A stretch of 63,924 bases of DNA, filler included, from Lama guanicoe (taxonomy: Eukaryota): assembly GCA_013239625.1 (NCBI GenBank). It is 212 parts of 212 records of this genome, joined end to end, with 100 filler letters (N's around TTAATTAATTAA, not from the genome) between each part and the next. Parts side by side here need not be neighbours in the genome. Positions count along the whole stretch, not along the records: positions 60,703 to 60,904 come from PNXV01031631.1; positions 61,005 to 61,206 come from PNXV01031632.1; positions 61,307 to 61,508 come from PNXV01031633.1; positions 61,609 to 61,810 come from PNXV01031634.1; positions 61,911 to 62,112 come from PNXV01031635.1; positions 62,213 to 62,414 come from PNXV01031636.1; positions 62,515 to 62,716 come from PNXV01031637.1; positions 62,817 to 63,018 come from PNXV01031638.1; 204 more parts are not named here. The stretch is one strand, 5' to 3'. A program made the position numbers and the translations under genes. Shown piece by piece: positions 60,811-63,924 of this stretch (position 1 is its first letter; the number at the start of each line of letters is the position of its first letter). Below the pieces are notes generated by a model. The model was not told the origin of the DNA and did no database searches. It saw nothing but the letters and a program-made list of their open reading frames with translations.

Positions 60811-62514
60811 ACCTTTCTGGTCAATATAGTTGGTAGGGGCCACAGGTATATTTGAACATCCCCACTTGGATGAGGTGCCTCCAATTCCACTATGAGAACT
60901 TCTTNNNNNNNNNNNNNNNNNNNNNNNNNNNNNNNNNNNNNNNNNNNNTTAATTAATTAANNNNNNNNNNNNNNNNNNNNNNNNNNNNNNNNNNNNNNNN
61001 NNNNTTGCATGTTGATCTAGAACTGTTAACCTGTAGAAGAAGGTCCCAAAGGGGACACACACTATGGGCGACTTTCTCTGGGGAGTGGGCGGGTTGGAAG
61101 ATGGCAGGTGGCTGTTGTGTGGTGAGAGGGTTAAATTAGGAATGTTTACTTTTTAGTCTCTAAACTTAGATACTTTTGAGTTCTTATCAGTGGCAGTGTA
61201 TTTATTNNNNNNNNNNNNNNNNNNNNNNNNNNNNNNNNNNNNNNNNNNNNTTAATTAATTAANNNNNNNNNNNNNNNNNNNNNNNNNNNNNNNNNNNNNN
61301 NNNNNNTAATAGGTTCAAAATTAAGAAAGTGGAAAATAATTGATTTTTTTAAAAAACTGAAACATAAACTTTCTTGTGCTAATGTTCCAACTGGAAATTT
61401 CGAAAAGAAAAATCCCACTCTAATATCATCTACGTGAAATACATATATGTCTGTCACGATTGAATAGTAACTGCACAGTGGTGTTTGAAGTCAGGATCAT
61501 TCCAGCTCNNNNNNNNNNNNNNNNNNNNNNNNNNNNNNNNNNNNNNNNNNNNTTAATTAATTAANNNNNNNNNNNNNNNNNNNNNNNNNNNNNNNNNNNN
61601 NNNNNNNNTTTTCTCATACTGAACCACTTATGGAGGAGACTAAAATCTACCAAGGTTCAAATACCTGTGAAAACCAAGGTAGTCTTGTCCACAGAAGCAG
61701 ATTCTGTGGCGAGGCCAGCCCTCATGAGAGCGGGGATGGAATAAAGCTTTCCTCCTGTGTCCCCCTCCTACCCAGGTGCCAGGCCTCCCTTGGTGGCCTG
61801 GATCCACACANNNNNNNNNNNNNNNNNNNNNNNNNNNNNNNNNNNNNNNNNNNNTTAATTAATTAANNNNNNNNNNNNNNNNNNNNNNNNNNNNNNNNNN
61901 NNNNNNNNNNGGCCATCATGGTCCTCACTTTACAAATGAGAAAACCGAGACTAAAGATGATTGTGCAAAGCAGATGCATGTTGTGAAGGCTTTTGCTACA
62001 CGCTCCGTAACATTTCAGAAAGCTCGCTCTGATTTACACTCCCGCCAGCAGCGACTCTCACCACCCTCTTGCAGAATTCATTTTTTGAGGGGCCAGGGGA
62101 GGTGTATGGTTANNNNNNNNNNNNNNNNNNNNNNNNNNNNNNNNNNNNNNNNNNNNTTAATTAATTAANNNNNNNNNNNNNNNNNNNNNNNNNNNNNNNN
62201 NNNNNNNNNNNNACAGACCCCACGATATGATTGTGGGAAATATTTCAGAGCAGAAAAGCAAGTTGAGCTTCCCCCTGTTGCGCTCTTCCAGTTCTACTTC
62301 TGAAATTCCACCCTGTTATCTTTGATGTTGTCCCCCTGCATATAAAATAATCTCTACTCTTACCCGAATAAAATGGGCAAGATTAATTTTGAGGGTTTTT
62401 AAAAACTAAATTTGNNNNNNNNNNNNNNNNNNNNNNNNNNNNNNNNNNNNNNNNNNNNTTAATTAATTAANNNNNNNNNNNNNNNNNNNNNNNNNNNNNN
62501 NNNNNNNNNNNNNN

Positions 62515-62716
62515 GTCTTTTTGAATTAGGGTTCCTTTTGGATATATGCCCAGGAGTGGGATTATTGTGTCATGTGGTAAATCTATTTTCAGTCTTTTGA
62601 GGAATCTCCATATTGTTTTGCACAATGGCTGCACCAAACTGCATTCCCAGCAGCAGTGCAGGAGGTCTTCCTTTTCTCCACACCCTCTCCAGCATTTATC
62701 ATTTGTGGACTTTTGA
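62515..62716 (-). mobile_element. L1 ORF2 3' fragment
   Basis: GGATATATGCCCAGGAGTGGGATT...TTTTGAGGAATCTCCATATTGTTTT..AATGGCTGCACCAAACTGCATTCCCA. Confidence 0.92.
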
Positions 62717-63205
62717 NNNNNNNNNNNNNNNNNNNNNNNNNNNNNNNNNNNNNNNNNNNNTTAATTAATTAANNNNNNNNNNNNNNNNNNNNNNNNNNNN
62801 NNNNNNNNNNNNNNNNCTTGGTGATGCTGATACCAAGTTCTATGATTTTTCTTGAAAGAGGAAAACGAATTGTTTCCTCTGAACATAATCATTAATATCA
62901 TACCAGTATAGGCAGTAACTGATCATAGCGAACATATGCAGAGATATGGGCACCACCTGGCCCCTAAAAGTTGTATTTCTTTATTCATGCTCTAAATTAG
63001 CATGCTGTGTGGATACTCNNNNNNNNNNNNNNNNNNNNNNNNNNNNNNNNNNNNNNNNNNNNTTAATTAATTAANNNNNNNNNNNNNNNNNNNNNNNNNN
63101 NNNNNNNNNNNNNNNNNNTAGAGGTGAGAAATTTGTGTACATGCAGTCACATGAGGCACATATGCTGGGTATGGGTAGGTGTATTTGTGCATCAAGATTA
63201 AATGG

Positions 63206-63270
63206 GGAATCAGAAACTAACACAGCATTGTAAATCAACTATACCTCACTTAATTTTTTAAAATTAAAAA
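63206..63270 (+). mobile_element. Extremely 5'-truncated L1 insertion with a 12-bp TSD
   Basis: L1 tail CAGAAACTAACACAGCATTGTAAATCAACTATAC plus A-rich end; AAGATTAAATGG at 63194-63205 and 63271-63282. Confidence 0.75.
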
Positions 63271-63924
63271 AAGATTAAATGGTGGAGGAAATATAGGTTT
63301 AATTTAATGTTCTGTCATACNNNNNNNNNNNNNNNNNNNNNNNNNNNNNNNNNNNNNNNNNNNNTTAATTAATTAANNNNNNNNNNNNNNNNNNNNNNNN
63401 NNNNNNNNNNNNNNNNNNNNGGCCCTTCATGCAAATTAGCTCCTATCTTGGGCTGAACCCAGCCCGTCCGGGGACCCTGAGTGTCCCCATGTCCAGTGTC
63501 GCATCTCATTAGGGTGGCCAAGCTGGCCTAGCCCAAGGCTCTCCAGGGTCCCCGAGAGGACACCGCCGGCTGCCCAGGGACCACTGAGCAGAGACGTGGG
63601 ACAGGTGTCTGGTGTCCCAGCCNNNNNNNNNNNNNNNNNNNNNNNNNNNNNNNNNNNNNNNNNNNNTTAATTAATTAANNNNNNNNNNNNNNNNNNNNNN
63701 NNNNNNNNNNNNNNNNNNNNNNAGAGAGGGGCTGTTCGCCCTGTGGCATCTGCACCTTGCTGGAGTGGGGGACCTCTTTTAGAGCAGGCTCCCCGGGGGC
63801 TCTCTCTGGACCATTCCCTGAGCTGCCACTAGGGAGGCCCAGTGTCAGGGCCTTTGCAAGGGCCTTGCCAGCCCGTGTGTGCTCCCGGGACATAGAGGGT
63901 CATACCCCAAATGGCACTTCCTCA

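Larger units (their letters stand above)
203..63722. other. 211 artificial 100-bp contig-joining linkers (N44-TTAATTAATTAA-N44), period 302 bp
   Basis: First copy: N 203-246, TTAATTAATTAA 247-258, N 259-302. It recurs every 302 bp, and 63924 = 211x302+202. The 12-mer is its own reverse complement with TAA in all 3 frames. Neighbouring contigs are unrelated. Confidence 0.98.

Noticed and set aside
63429..63436. Octamer ATGCAAAT as an immunoglobulin or snRNA promoter
   Set aside because: No leader exon, TATA box, PSE or V-segment follows, and an isolated 8-mer is expected by chance.
203..63722. CRISPR-like array (constant palindromic repeat with unique equal-length spacers)
   Set aside because: The repeat is a 12-bp synthetic motif embedded in N padding, the 'spacers' are 202-bp mammalian fragments, and there are no cas genes.
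247..63893. Most ORFs in the supplied track, ending in X-runs followed by LIN or N
   Set aside because: They reach the length threshold only by reading through Ns to the linker's stop codons, and the shared C-termini are linker translations.
63723..63924. Minus-strand ORF MSREHTRAGKALAKALTLG...
   Set aside because: No recognisable family, an in-frame TGA just upstream, and no splice signals.

Overview
This window is not a contiguous locus. It is an assembly product: 212 unrelated contigs of exactly 202 bp (contig k spans 1+302k to 202+302k), joined by 211 identical 100-bp artificial linkers (44 N + TTAATTAATTAA + 44 N; the 12-mer is palindromic and has stops in all six frames). The DNA is placental-mammal genomic sequence, most likely a camelid, judging by a Vic-1-like tRNA-derived SINE and the L1 3' UTR type. 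Most contigs are non-coding or transposon debris (L1, L2, MIR, MER20, MADE2, ERV/MaLR LTRs, ERVL integrase). Recognisable coding fragments are the first coding exon of LRRFIP1, part of an OR2T-like olfactory receptor, and an HMCN2-like Ig-domain exon that looks pseudogenised (CpG-type substitutions and a GT>TT donor). Several CpG-island/promoter fragments and unassigned candidate exons are present. Four near-identical contig pairs look like unmerged de Bruijn bubble arms with 49-bp shared flanks. I find no CRISPR array or novel multi-gene system, and most ORFs in the supplied track are artefacts that run into linkers. Repeat and gene names come from recalled consensus sequences, not database searches.
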